A stretch of DNA of 64,000 nt from Octopus sinensis. Taxonomy: Eukaryota. Within the stretch, counting starts at the first letter, position 1, and each line of letters starts with the position of its first letter. Under the pieces are notes generated by a model. It worked only from the letters and a program-made list of their open reading frames with translations, was not told the origin of the DNA and ran no database searches. The stretch is from assembly GCF_006345805.1 (NCBI RefSeq), contig NC_043011.1, forward strand, positions 12,722,464 to 12,786,463, given 5' to 3'. Of the stretch, positions 16,426 to 27,949 are shown one piece after another. The translations under genes were made by a program, and so were the position numbers.

Positions 16426-16426
<1 letters not shown>
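16367..16426. repeat. Perfect 60-bp palindrome with no spacer
   Basis: ctttattttaagcagcagaaaattcaacaa|ttgttgaattttctgctgcttaaaataaag. Confidence 0.95.
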
Positions 16427-16485
<59 letters not shown>

Positions 16486-16765
16486 GAAATGGATAAATGA
16501 ATTATCTTGTTACGGATTATTCAAAATTTAACCGATACCTGTGTAGCAAAAATCACACCAGAAAAGACACGGTTGAGGTTACGACCATGTGTAGAAAATA
16601 ATATAAAGGAATTTTGTAAAATCTTCGTTCGGTTCCATTTCTTCCCTTCACTATATATATATATATATATACATACAAACACACACACATATATTCACAT
16701 ACTATATATATATATTTATATATATATATATATATATACAAATACACACACATACATTCATATAC

Positions 16766-16797
<32 letters not shown>

Positions 16798-17236
16798 GAC
16801 ACAGACACATACATGCATATATATATATATATACATATATACATACATATATGTACACAATATATATGTATATAAATATCTATATACTCAAACATACATA
16901 CATGGTATATACACACAGTCATATACGATGGGCTTCTTTTCAGTTTCTGTGTACCAAATTCAGTTACAAGGTTTTGGTCAATGTGTGGCTACAGCAGAAG
17001 ATACTTGCCTAAGGTGTTGCTCCGTGAGACTGAAACCACATGGCTGGGAAGCAAGTTTCTTTAACAACATAGCCATGTCTGCACCCACCCATAATCTAGT
17101 ATTGTCAGCGAATTGTTTTGGTGTTTCAAGTTTTGGCCACACACACACACACACACAATGTACTTAGTTCTGTAATAATAAGCAGTTTCACCTGAATGTG
17201 GAGATGGACTGAATGCAAGAGATCATCTCTCTCTCT

Positions 17237-17605
17237 TTTACTCTTTTACTTGTTTCAGTCATTTGACTGCGGCCATGCTGGAGCACCGCCTTTAGTCGAG
17301 CAAATTGACCCCGGGACTTATTCTTTGTAAGCCCAGTACTTATTCTATCGGTCTCTTTTGCCGAACCGCTAAGTTACGGGGACATAAACACACCAGCATT
17401 GGTGGTCAAGCAATGCTAGGGGGACAAACACAGACACACAAACATATACATACACATACATATATATATATACATATATATGACGGGCTTCTTTCAGTTT
17501 CTGTCTACCAAATCCACTCACAAGGCTTTGGTCAGCCCAAGGTTATAGTAGAAGACACTTGCCCAAGGTGCCACACAGTGGGACTGAACCCGGAACCATG
17601 TGGTT
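17237..17605 (-). mobile_element. SINE family A
   Basis: Reverse complement, head truncated; followed by a SINE C tail fragment. Confidence 0.85.
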
Positions 17606-18025
17606 GGTATCTCCTCTGTGTTTAGCCCCTTGTGGGTAGTAAAGAAATAAGTATTCAGTAAGTGAACATTGAAGAGTAGATGAAACAGGGAGAACAGGGG
17701 GAAATGGTCAAAGAATATTGCTGAGTGATGATTTAACGGGCAGTAATATTTATTTTGGAATATGAGTGGTGAGTGTCAGTAGTGGAACAGTATTCCAGTG
17801 TAAAAATGATCAGAGTTCAAGTATTTTGTGGACCTAATAAAAGAAATACAGTTTTTGTGGTGCCACGTTTGTTCAGCGTAAATGTCATATAAGATCATCA
17901 GAGAGAGAGTAAGGCCAAGAATTAGAAGAGAGTATGATGAGTATAGCTTTGTGTGTGTGAGTTCATACATGTTCACATATACCTACACACACATACTGGC
18001 TCATACTCGATAAAAAAATTCATCA

Positions 18026-18189
18026 AGGCGCAGGAGTGGCTGTGTGGTAAGTAGCTTGCTTACAAACGACATGGTTCTGGGTTCAGTCCCACTGCGTGGC
18101 ACCTTAGGCAAGTGTCTTTTACTATAGCCTCGTGCTGGCCAAAGCCTTGTGAGTGGATTTGGTAGACGGAAATTAAAAGAAGCCCGTCG

Positions 18190-18231
<42 letters not shown>

Positions 18232-18443
18232 CATATGTATGTGTGTGTATGTGTTTCTCCCTTTGACTTGCTTGACAACCGATGCTGGTGTGTTTACGTC
18301 ACCGTCACTTAGCGGTTCGGCAAAAGAGACCGATAGAATAAGTACTAGACTTACAAAAGAATAAGTCTTGGGGTCGATTTGCTCGACTAAAGGCGGGGCT
18401 CCAGCATGGCCGCAGTCAAATGACTGAAACAAGTAAAAGAATA
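18026..18443 (+). mobile_element. SINE family A, full length
   Basis: aggcgcaggagtggctgtgtggtaag...aatgactgaaacaagtaaaagaata. Confidence 0.9.
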
Positions 18444-18749
18444 ATAAATTGCAAACTATGGATCTAAAACTAAAATGAATTTAAAGAATATTAAATTAGT
18501 ATAAATTTAAAAGAAAATTCATGGAAAATTAATGTACAAGGAATATGCAAATAATAATCTGTTTTCTGAAATAGTTTCACAACTTACTCATGTATTACGG
18601 TCAATTCAATAAGGCAGTTGATGATAAAACTTTCAGTGCAACACATAGCAACTCAGTGTATCACCAGCTAAAGTACAAACCATTACTAAGGAAGGATTGA
18701 CAGAAACTTAACAAGAAAATAGACTAAAGACTTTATAATAAGCCAGTAG

Positions 18750-19287
18750 GGATCTTTTCGGTTTGAACAGCAGTTTTTTTCTAGCGGTGTCATATGAAAT
18801 TGTCACCCATGATTATGACCCTAGTATCGATCTATTGCATTTCAATCTGTTTTAGGGTTGGGGTTAGGGTTAGGGGTGGGGGAAAGGGTACAGTTTTTTT
18901 CTAGTGGTGTCATATGAAATTGTCACCCATCATTATGACCCTAGTATCGATCTATTGCATTTCAATCTGTTTTAGGGTTAGGGTTAGGGGAAAGGGAAAG
19001 GGTATCTTTTTTTCTTCACAAATGTAAATAAACCCAATCTGTTTCTTAAACAAGGGACATATTCATACGGCACAGAATGTTTTTTAACTCAATAGACATC
19101 ATTGATTGGTTGAAATTGCAGAAATTGAAGAAAAAAAACCAACAAATATCTTACAAACTATAGAATTTTCTATAGTTTGTAAGAGAAAAAGATGTTTTAT
19201 AAACACATTCTACCAGTATACGAAGTTTAAAATTTTTTAGTTACCTAGAAATTATGTTAAAAACTGCCGTTCAAACCGAAAAGATCT
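18750..19287 (+). mobile_element. MITE with ~30-bp TIRs and 8-bp TSD (Merlin- or hAT-like), carrying TTAGGG repeats and an internal 120-bp duplication
   Basis: TIR ggatcttttcggtttgaacagcagtttt / aaaactgccgttcaaaccgaaaagatct; TSD gccagtag at 18742-18749 and 19288-19295. Confidence 0.9.
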
Positions 19288-19349
19288 GCCAGTAGTATAG
19301 GAGGTCATCATTTTATAAGGATATCTAACCAGTTTATCTTTTTAAACTT

Positions 19350-19859
19350 CTCTTGAGGAATATTGCAGGAGAATATGGCCTGCTTGTGGTGCAGCTTGTT
19401 CTAGCAATAAATCTCTTATCATTAGTATATATAATATATATATACATAAATACATACATATAAATATATATATATATATATTAGTGGATATATGCTTGGG
19501 TCCAAAATGGCAAGCAAAATCAATTTTCTCCATAGCTTATTTGTTGAAGACCTGGAAATCTATGCCAAAAACATCAATGTAGCCAATTGAGCTATCTACA
19601 ACCAATTCACATAATATTAGAATGGAATTCAGCTGTAACAAATGTTCATAAGAGTAATTGAGGAAGGACTACAAGCCATGAAGGAATATCTGAAAGCCTA
19701 TGGACTTTCCATAATCTTTGTTCTCAATAATGAAATATATAGAAATAAGTGGGAACACACAAGACTATATTTCATCATTGACATCATCATCATCATCATC
19801 ATCATCGTCATCATCATGATCATCATCATGATCATCATCATCATCATCATCATCATGAT

Positions 19860-19892
<33 letters not shown>

Positions 19893-21150
19893 CATCACCA
19901 TCATCGTCGTCGTCGTCGTCGTCATCATCATCATCGTCATCATCATCATCATCGTCATCGTCATCATCGTCATCATCATCATTGACACCATCATCATTGA
20001 CACCATCATCATTATCATCATTGCCATGACTACCATCACTGCTGCTGCCAACACCACCATTACTATCATCATCATCATCATCATCAACATTACAACCACC
20101 TCCTCCATCATCATCATCATCATCATAATTTTTACATACATCATTTCCTAAGCCGGCATGAGTTAGATTATTATTATACAACCAATTACTCAATCAATAA
20201 ATAAATAGTTACCATACTAAGCAAAACAGTAACCAAAGCTTTCCTTTTACAAAAAGACCCTGTTCTCCAAATGCATTTAATATCAGTATTCAGCCTGCTC
20301 GAGTGGACAATAAAGGATATGTTCAAATGGTGGATTCTGATATCAAAAGATTCTAACATCAATTGGAAACTTACATGGAAATAATGACAGACTATTTCAG
20401 AAGAAAATAATGAGAAAAGGCTTCATACCAATCATGATAGTTTTGAGTGCCATATGGTATTATTTGGATATCACCAGTTAAGCAACAAGGTGGGAGAGAA
20501 TCAATGCAATGAGGAGGTGTTTGAAAACGAGAGAATCATATAGAAGTTAGGAGTAAATTCCTAAAAATGCACTCAAAGTATAATGATGTGCTATTCAACC
20601 AGAGAACTGCTAAACATATCTGTTTTTATTGAGATTTAGAAGAGAAATGCATAGCACCAACCAAAAATAGATGTATATTCTATAAGCTGGACAGTTTGTT
20701 TCTGTCTTCAAATTGGTTTAGCTAGTCACCTTTTGTAAGCTTTGGTTTTAAATTCAAGAACAAGAGGTAGTTAGAAAATTTATTATTAATGAAAGACAGA
20801 ATGATTAAAACCTGAATGCATCTAATATTAAAAAGAAATTCTCACAACAGCATGTTTGTTATGGAAATCATAACATATAAAATAACATTATTTTCTGAAC
20901 CCTAGGGAGCTTTTATAAGAATCACTGCTTTATGACTACTTTCAAATGTCAAGCAGCCGGAAGACAAATTTCATTTGCATAGAATTCTCAGAAGAGCTGA
21001 TATCTATTCCCAACAACTAGAAGAACTGAAAGACAAATACACAAATGTCCAAATGTACAAAAAAAAAAACCTGCAATGAATTTGAACTCAAGACTTTAAA
21101 ACTAGTTATCTAACGCTATATATATATTCAGCTGCTCTAGTTCTACACTC
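19350..21150 (+). mobile_element. Degraded R4/Dong-like non-LTR retrotransposon, interrupted by (ATC)n
   Basis: RGILQ (cf. RGIFQGD), FLHSLFVEDLEIYAKN...SHNIRMEFSCNKC (cf. HLLFMDDLKLYAKN...S.DIGMEFG..KC), LLEWT, LTSIGNLHGNNDRLF. Confidence 0.5.
19772..20128. repeat. (ATC)n/(GTC)n trinucleotide repeat
   Basis: Direct reading; explains the poly-Ile, poly-Met and poly-Asp ORFs. Confidence 0.95.
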
Positions 21151-22145
21151 AGTGAACATCATCTAACTATGGGACCAAATTAAGTGTATCATACATGTGT
21201 GTGGTGGGGAGTGGGGAGAAAGAGAGAGACTACATGCAATGCGCTCTGTAGAAAATATAGTCCTGAAGTTTCAAAAATATGTCCGATATGGAATATATCA
21301 GGAACTTTCAATACAAAGTCATTTGTAGAACATTCCTATAATACAAAATTAAATTCCATAAACCTAAATAAATATCTAAAGAAGTAGAACTCTTGGGAAT
21401 GTCAGATGTCCTGCAGATGTAAACTTCTCAATCAACGCCACCAAAAAGAATTATGGATAGTTAGTTAACAATATACAACTACAATAACTGGATTATAGTT
21501 TCATATTTATACTTATAATTATAGGTACAGTTTTGGGGACAAGGATGAAGTGATGTACTTCAAATATATTCTCTAAAGTCAATTTGTGACAGGATATATA
21601 AAAAAATGCAACATTTTTCTAAGTTCAACATGCGGCTCTATATAGTTATTGTTGTTTAAATAAACAAGTAAAAAGCATTTTTTCTCAAGCAGATACACAC
21701 ACACATACACATGTATACACAGACACACACACACATACATACATACTCGCATGCTTAGACACACACATCATAATACAGACTTACACCCATACGCATACAC
21801 AGGCGCACATTCCTACATTTAATTATTTCTGCATGTACATATATGCAACATGCAAAGAAATGCAACTGCTACAAAGTACAGCAAACTCCTAGTAAGACAT
21901 CATGGGTTCAATTCTTACTTTACTTGTGCTACTATTAAATGTCAAGCATGATCAATAACTTAGAGAGTTGTGGGACCAACTAGAGTGCCTTGCTCTCCTC
22001 CTCACAATGGATGACAATAAGATTTTAATGGTGACCCAGCAGCTTGTTTGTAGCTGTTGATTGAACTTTACATAGAATATATTTTTAGAAATTACTATAT
22101 ATAACAATGCATACATACTGTTTCAGAAAGATAATTTTTACAAAT

Positions 22146-22200
<55 letters not shown>

Positions 22201-22515
22201 TATATATATGTATATATATGAATGTACATATGTGTATAGATATGTGTGTATGTATGTGTGTGCATGGGTAAAGGTACATACTTCCATTTACCTGTGCATA
22301 TTCTTTGTGTAATCTCTAAAAGTATGTAGGAATCAATGTCTATGAGTAATACACAGTGATCAGAATGTCCCTTTAACATTTCAATTTTATATATTATTCA
22401 AATTTAAATGCTGAAGGGACTTCTGAATGATCTTGTATATTTGTGTGTTGTATATGTCTATAGATATGCGGGCATTTATTATATACAGCATTATGCATAC
22501 ATACTACATACATGA

Positions 22516-22553
<38 letters not shown>

Positions 22554-23039
22554 ATTCTCACACACAGACACACACACACACACAACCATACAAATATGCA
22601 GAATGGGAGAAATGTTGAGGAACAAGATATTTGTAAAATAAAAACAAACTATGAATAAATGAAAGCTTCAATTTTTCTCCTTTATTATGTTGGTATATTG
22701 TTAGGGTCTGTCATTCTGGTAGCGGCAGGCATATATAGGGTCCTTTGTTATAGTGGTGATGGTGATGCATGGATTGGAGTGTTTCGCTGTGTCAGTGGGG
22801 GAGGGGTGAATCTTATAGGGGTCTTTGTCATTCAGGTGATGTATATAATAAGCAGGGGTCTTCGTTGTGGTGTTATTTATGTAATAGGATGAAAGTGGGA
22901 GATGTAATGTTTGTAAATGAAAGTAAACAATGCTGGAGTAAGGTGTGACAGTGGCATTTAGACCTCGGCTGCATGCTGATGCACTGTCAAGTGATAATTT
23001 GGAAGCTTGCACTTAGCAGCAGGCATCTTTGGAAGGAGA

Positions 23040-23187
23040 CAGAATGGAAAAGGGAGAGTGATGAAGAAGGAAAAGGGGAGAAAGGAAGAGAGAATGGAAA
23101 GGGAAGCGAGAGAGAGAGAGAAAATGGAAAGGGGAGCGAGGAAGAGAGAGAGAGAGGAAGAAAGAAAAGAGGAACAAAGAGAGGGTA

Positions 23188-23221
<34 letters not shown>

Positions 23222-23222
23222 T
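23040..23222. repeat. Polypurine (GA/GAA) tract
   Basis: Direct reading; lies in the intron just downstream of the exon as a polypyrimidine stretch on the sense strand. Confidence 0.9.
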
Positions 23223-23306
23223 GTAGCTATAACATAGTATACTTGTATGATATTGCAAAAGCATGGTATCTTCAGAAAAGTGATCGATGAAGAGGAAAAA
23301 ACTTAC

Positions 23307-23398
23307 CAAATCCAGGAATGTCTTCTTCGGGCACTCAAGGACTCGTTACCTGGCACGGATAACATAGCTGTCCGTAGAGGCATTTTTGGTTGGGCCAT
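23307..23398 (-). CDS. PDE4: Alternative first coding exon of a cAMP-specific phosphodiesterase 4 (dunce), PDE4D3/PDE4B4-like N-terminus
   Basis: ATG at 23398 (also in-frame ATGs at 23383 and 23365) with an in-frame TAA upstream. Encodes MAQPKMPLRTAMLSVPGNESLSARRRHSWI+TG, then a consensus donor TG|GTAAGT. RRHSWIC followed by a phase-2 intron matches the recalled PDE4D3 MMHVNNFPFRRHSWIC|FDVDNG. I did not find downstream exons in the window. Confidence 0.75.
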
Positions 23399-23541
23399 TG
23401 ATAGTAAATCCTCTTAGAAATCAGGGGTTGGGGAGGGGGAGTTGAATAATTACTATTTGTGCATGAAAAAAAACCACCTAATCTCAGTGAAATTCTGAAA
23501 TATGAGTAGTGGTCTAGTTTTGTGCAGGCAATCAATGCTCG

Positions 23542-23630
23542 GCAGCAGCAGCAGCAGTGGTAGTGGCAGCAGCAGCAGCAGCAACAGCAGCAGTAACAGC
23601 AGCACTAACAACAGTAGCTGCAGCAGTAGT
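23542..23630. repeat. Interrupted (CAG/CTG)n tract
   Basis: gcagcagcagcagcagtggtagtggcagcagc... Confidence 0.9.
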
Positions 23631-23699
23631 GCTTTGATGGATGCTATAATTGTGCCCCATTCTCCTTAGCGTAGAATCCCACAACCTATTCATTGATCC

Positions 23700-23900
23700 A
23701 TTGGACCTGAATGAAATGAACAAAGCAATCATTTGTCCATCAGAGACAAAGTGACTGTGTCACATGTGCTACAAAAATATTCTGTGTGTGGCTGACATAG
23801 GACATTCACATACTAATATATGTAGTCTCTCACAGCTGTGTCAGCCAATAGCCAACTACACTGTTTGTTGTACCAGTAGGTGTTTCGAAAATATATGATC
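23700..23900 (-). promoter_or_regulatory. Candidate alternative promoter or 5' leader of the PDE4 exon
   Basis: Unique sequence upstream of the exon; inverted tggctgacatag/ctgtgtcagcca pair and a CCAAT at 23845-23849; position-based inference only. Confidence 0.3.
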
Positions 23901-23914
23901 AGTTTTACACCACT

Positions 23915-24832
23915 AAACACACACACACACGCACTCCATGCACACTGCGCACTCTAAACCATACACAAACACACAGCATTCCACATATACACACATATAC
24001 ATACCAACTACTCCATCTATATACTTCACACTCCAAACACACAATATTTCACCACTCCACACACACACATACACACACACACACACATACACACGCATAC
24101 TCACACACACACACATTCATACTGCGCACTCTAAACCACACACAAACACACAGCATTCCATATATACACACATATACATACCATCTTACTCCAGCTATAC
24201 ACTTCACACTCCAAACACACACATACACTTACCACACACAATATTACACCACCCCCCACACACACACACCACTCCTTGTACACACCACTCCACACACATA
24301 TACACTCAGTCCACACGCTCACACAGACATACACATATACATACATATACATACCATCTTACTCCATCTATATACTTCACACTCCAAACACACACATACA
24401 CTTATCACACACATTACACCACTCCACACACACGCACACCACTCCTTGTACACACCACTCCACACACACATATACACTCAGTCCACACGCTCACACAGAC
24501 ATACACATTCCGCTCACATCATCCCATCCTGCACAGATACACACATCTCCCATGCTACTCGAACACATAACACACACAACACATACACTCCTCAATAACA
24601 TACACCAACCATAAATATACATATACACATATACACGGAAAACAGTATTCTGTGCATATGTTTGTGTGCAGTAGATGTATGTGTGTGTGTGTTGTGTTGA
24701 GTGTAATATGCATGTGTCTGTCTGGTGTGGCAGGTGCTTGTCTGCAGAATGTCTGTGTGTATGTGTGTGTATGCACGTGTCCATGTGTGTGTGTGTGTGT
24801 GATGTATATGTGTTTGTGTAGTGTGGTTGGTG

Positions 24833-24875
<43 letters not shown>

Positions 24876-25110
24876 TGTATATGTGTTTGTGTAGTGTGGT
24901 TGGTGGACGTGTGTGTGTGTGTGTGTGTGTGATGTATATGTGTTTGTGTAGTGTGGTTGGTGGACGTGTGTGTGTGTGTGTGTGTAATGTATTTGTGTTT
25001 GTGTAGTGTGGTTGGTGGACATGTGTGTGTGCGATGTATATGTGTTTGTGTAGTGTGGTAGGTAGACGTATGTGTGTGCGTGTGTGTTGTGAGTGGAGAG
25101 GTGTGATGTA
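23915..25110. repeat. Complex CA-rich then TG-rich minisatellite
   Basis: CA-rich with ~180-bp duplicated blocks to ~24635; TG-rich with repeated gatgtatatgtgtttgtgtagtgtggttggtggac units after ~24655. Confidence 0.9.
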
Positions 25111-26669
25111 CAAGAATAGCTTTTATAAGCACGTGTGTATTTCCATGTGAATATGTGTGTGATTGAAAGTAAGTATATGTAAGAGTATGTGAATATACAT
25201 GCTTTTATGTATGTGTGTATGTTTGAGAGATGGAGAGGTAGATAGAGAGAGAGAGAGAGGGGGGAGTGGGAATCCATATAGTGAGAAATTATATTTTTTT
25301 GCTGTATAGTTGTTGACAGTGGTTAATCTATATACATATTTCCTAACTTGAAACAAAGTAAAGCTTTGTTCAACACTATAACAATATAATACATTAACTT
25401 ACTTGATATCTCATTGATATTGCATAAATTTACTGAATCATGATCACATTACCTGTAATAATTACATTATAAAATATAATAATAAAAGTTATTCTAAAAA
25501 GAATATGAAAACAAAAATTATTCTTTAAAAATTACTAATTTTTTTTCCTCTTTTGTTGACGGTTCAAATAGTTAGGAACTGCTCAATATTGTTTAATCTT
25601 TATTTCTGTGTTTGATATTCCTTGTCTGGAAACTTGGACATTTTTCTGAACAGGCAAAAACAATGACAAGGTTAAGCTAATCTTTCAACATCCATCTCCT
25701 CATTTTCCAAATGGTTTTTGTTTATAGTCTTTGTTCTAACATAATACTAGCATTTATTTTATTGATTTATTTTCTTATTTTATTGAAGCTAGTGATCTAA
25801 ATTATTAATGCAGGAAGTGATAATCTAAATTTAAACATGGATGCCACCAAATTCCAGCAGTTGAGCTGACCAATACCTAGTAGTAGTGGGTGTAGTGTCT
25901 CAAGCCTCAAAGACTATTTAGCTTTTACCTGTCATCTGCTGCTAGGGACACAAGATGTCCACAAGTACCCTATTACATATGCATCCTACTTATTTTCATA
26001 TGACAGGTATAAGCAAATAATAAATCTAGGCATACCATCTTTTCTTGGAATAGGACAGTTCAGTATGTTGACAAGGTTAGGGTTAGTGCAACACCAACAA
26101 CAGTGTTTGAACTCATAACTTATAATTACCTGGTCATCGTTACTAAAGTGCATTACTTGAGCATGCTGTAGTATATTAGCCACAGCCATCAACAGCTGAA
26201 GACCTCCACTTAACTTCACACTTGTAGTAGGTTGCATGTGGTAAATTCACAGGAAATTGATGATATCACAATAAAATAAAAAATTTTAATCATATGTTGA
26301 ATGGCTAATTAGAATCAAGAAAATAACTGGATACATGAAGGTCATGTGATGACTCAGGTAAACTAGAACTATTATTAACAAACTGGTTGACTGAAATATT
26401 TTTACACTTGTACTAAGAGAGTAGATAGCCAAACAGTGTAAAGCACCAGACACAAAATGTTTCTTCTGTAAGTTAACCAGGGCACAGGAATGGGAGAGTC
26501 TACTATACTATATATGATTAAAAGTAAAAGAAACTAACTGCTAATGTCAGTTCTTTACTGTTTTTCCATCAACTTTGAAAGGATCTAAAACCTCACAGAC
26601 TTTTATGCACTTTTGGATTATGTTTATACTTTATAACAAGACAGACTGAAGGAAAGAGTAGTACATAAT

Positions 26670-27005
26670 ATTGTTTGAACTGTTAACTATAGTATATAAC
26701 TGTTAACAATGGTATGTAATATTCTTTGGACTGCTATCTGTAGTGTTGTTTGAACTGTTAACTTCAGTATGTAGAGTAATTAACAATGCATATAATGTTA
26801 ACTAAAGTATATAGAGCTGTTTCAACTGTTAATTATAGTATACAGCATTGTTTGAACTGTAAACTAATAGTACATAGTGTTGTTAACTGTAATATGGAGT
26901 TAGTTGTTTCAACTGTTAATTGTAGTATATTGCATTGTTAATCATATTATATGGTGTTATTAACTATAATATATGGTGCTGTTTACTAACTATAGTATCG
27001 ATATA
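26670..27005. repeat. Degenerate AT-rich minisatellite
   Basis: Recurrent tgtttgaactgttaactatagtat motif. Confidence 0.6.
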
Positions 27006-27010
27006 TAGTG

Positions 27011-27250
27011 TTGTGGTGCACCTGAGCACTATTGTGGTGCACCTGAGCACTGTTGTGGTGCACCTGAGCACTGTTGTGGTGCACCTGAGCACTGCTGTGG
27101 TGCATCTGAGCACTGTTGTGGTGCACCTGAGCACTATTGTGGTGCACCTGAGCACTGTTGTGGTGCACCTGAGCACTGTTGTGGTGCACCTGAGCACTAT
27201 TGTGGTGCACCTGAGCACAGTATACAATAATTTCATTATTATTATTATTT
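27011..27250 (+). repeat. 10 x 21-bp tandem array derived from a CR1 3' terminus, followed by that terminus and (ATT)n
   Basis: Unit ttgtggtgcacctgagcact(g/a); same motif single-copy at the LINE ends near 48110 and 59190. Confidence 0.9.
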
Positions 27251-27949
27251 AAAACTGCAGCATACAGTGTTATTTGAACTATTAACCAGAGACCAAGAAT
27301 ATCAGGTGTGTTATCCCAGGCCAACAGGTAAGAACCTCTGTGATTGCAGAACCTGTTAGAAAAGTGGCTGAATTTCCACACAAGCTACACATAAATAAAA
27401 GGAGGAACACACTGGACAATGTGATCCTGGAGACATTATTTGAAAATAAGTCGTAATGGTCTTGGCTGGAAGGCTTTGATCATGGGTATGTTTGATCAGA
27501 TATAACCAGGAACTACAACAACTACTATATATCTTAAGGTGTGCTTTGACTACTTATCTATAAGTAACAGTCAAGAGAAATTAGATACCTACCAGATGCA
27601 GTATATCTCATTCCACCAAACTTTTAGTCTATTACATAATAATAAAGCAAAATTCTCAGAAGCTAAAATTTAGAAGAGGAAATGAAGATGGATTCATTTC
27701 TGGGGAAAAGAAAAAGATTAAACCAAGTGTGTAATATGGAGAGTAGAGATAAAGAAGGAAGCCATGATAAGAGGAACAAAGGGGTATGGTTTATGTGGAT
27801 TAGCAAGTTTTAGCAAACAGAAACAGTTGAGGGACGTAGAGATCAGCACTGGGCTAAACAGAATATTAAGCCAAGTAAGTTAGGAAATGTTACTAATATT
27901 ACTAAGTATCTTCTAGTATTTATCACTTCCACACACATATATATATATA

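Noticed and set aside
19642-20193. Poly-Ile 'membrane' ORF and poly-Asp/poly-Met ORFs
   Set aside because: These are different frames of one (ATC)n repeat inside a LINE relic.
23335-23535. 66-aa ORF overlapping the PDE4 exon out of frame
   Set aside because: It starts at TTG rather than ATG, so it is not a credible eukaryotic overlapping uORF.
25403-25452. Minus-strand 50-nt segment between TACAG and GTAAGT
   Set aside because: There are stops in all through-reading frames. It may be a UTR exon, but there is no supporting evidence.
27011-27220. CRISPR-like appearance of the 21-bp array
   Set aside because: The units are contiguous with no unique spacers, the context is eukaryotic, and the unit derives from a CR1 3' end.
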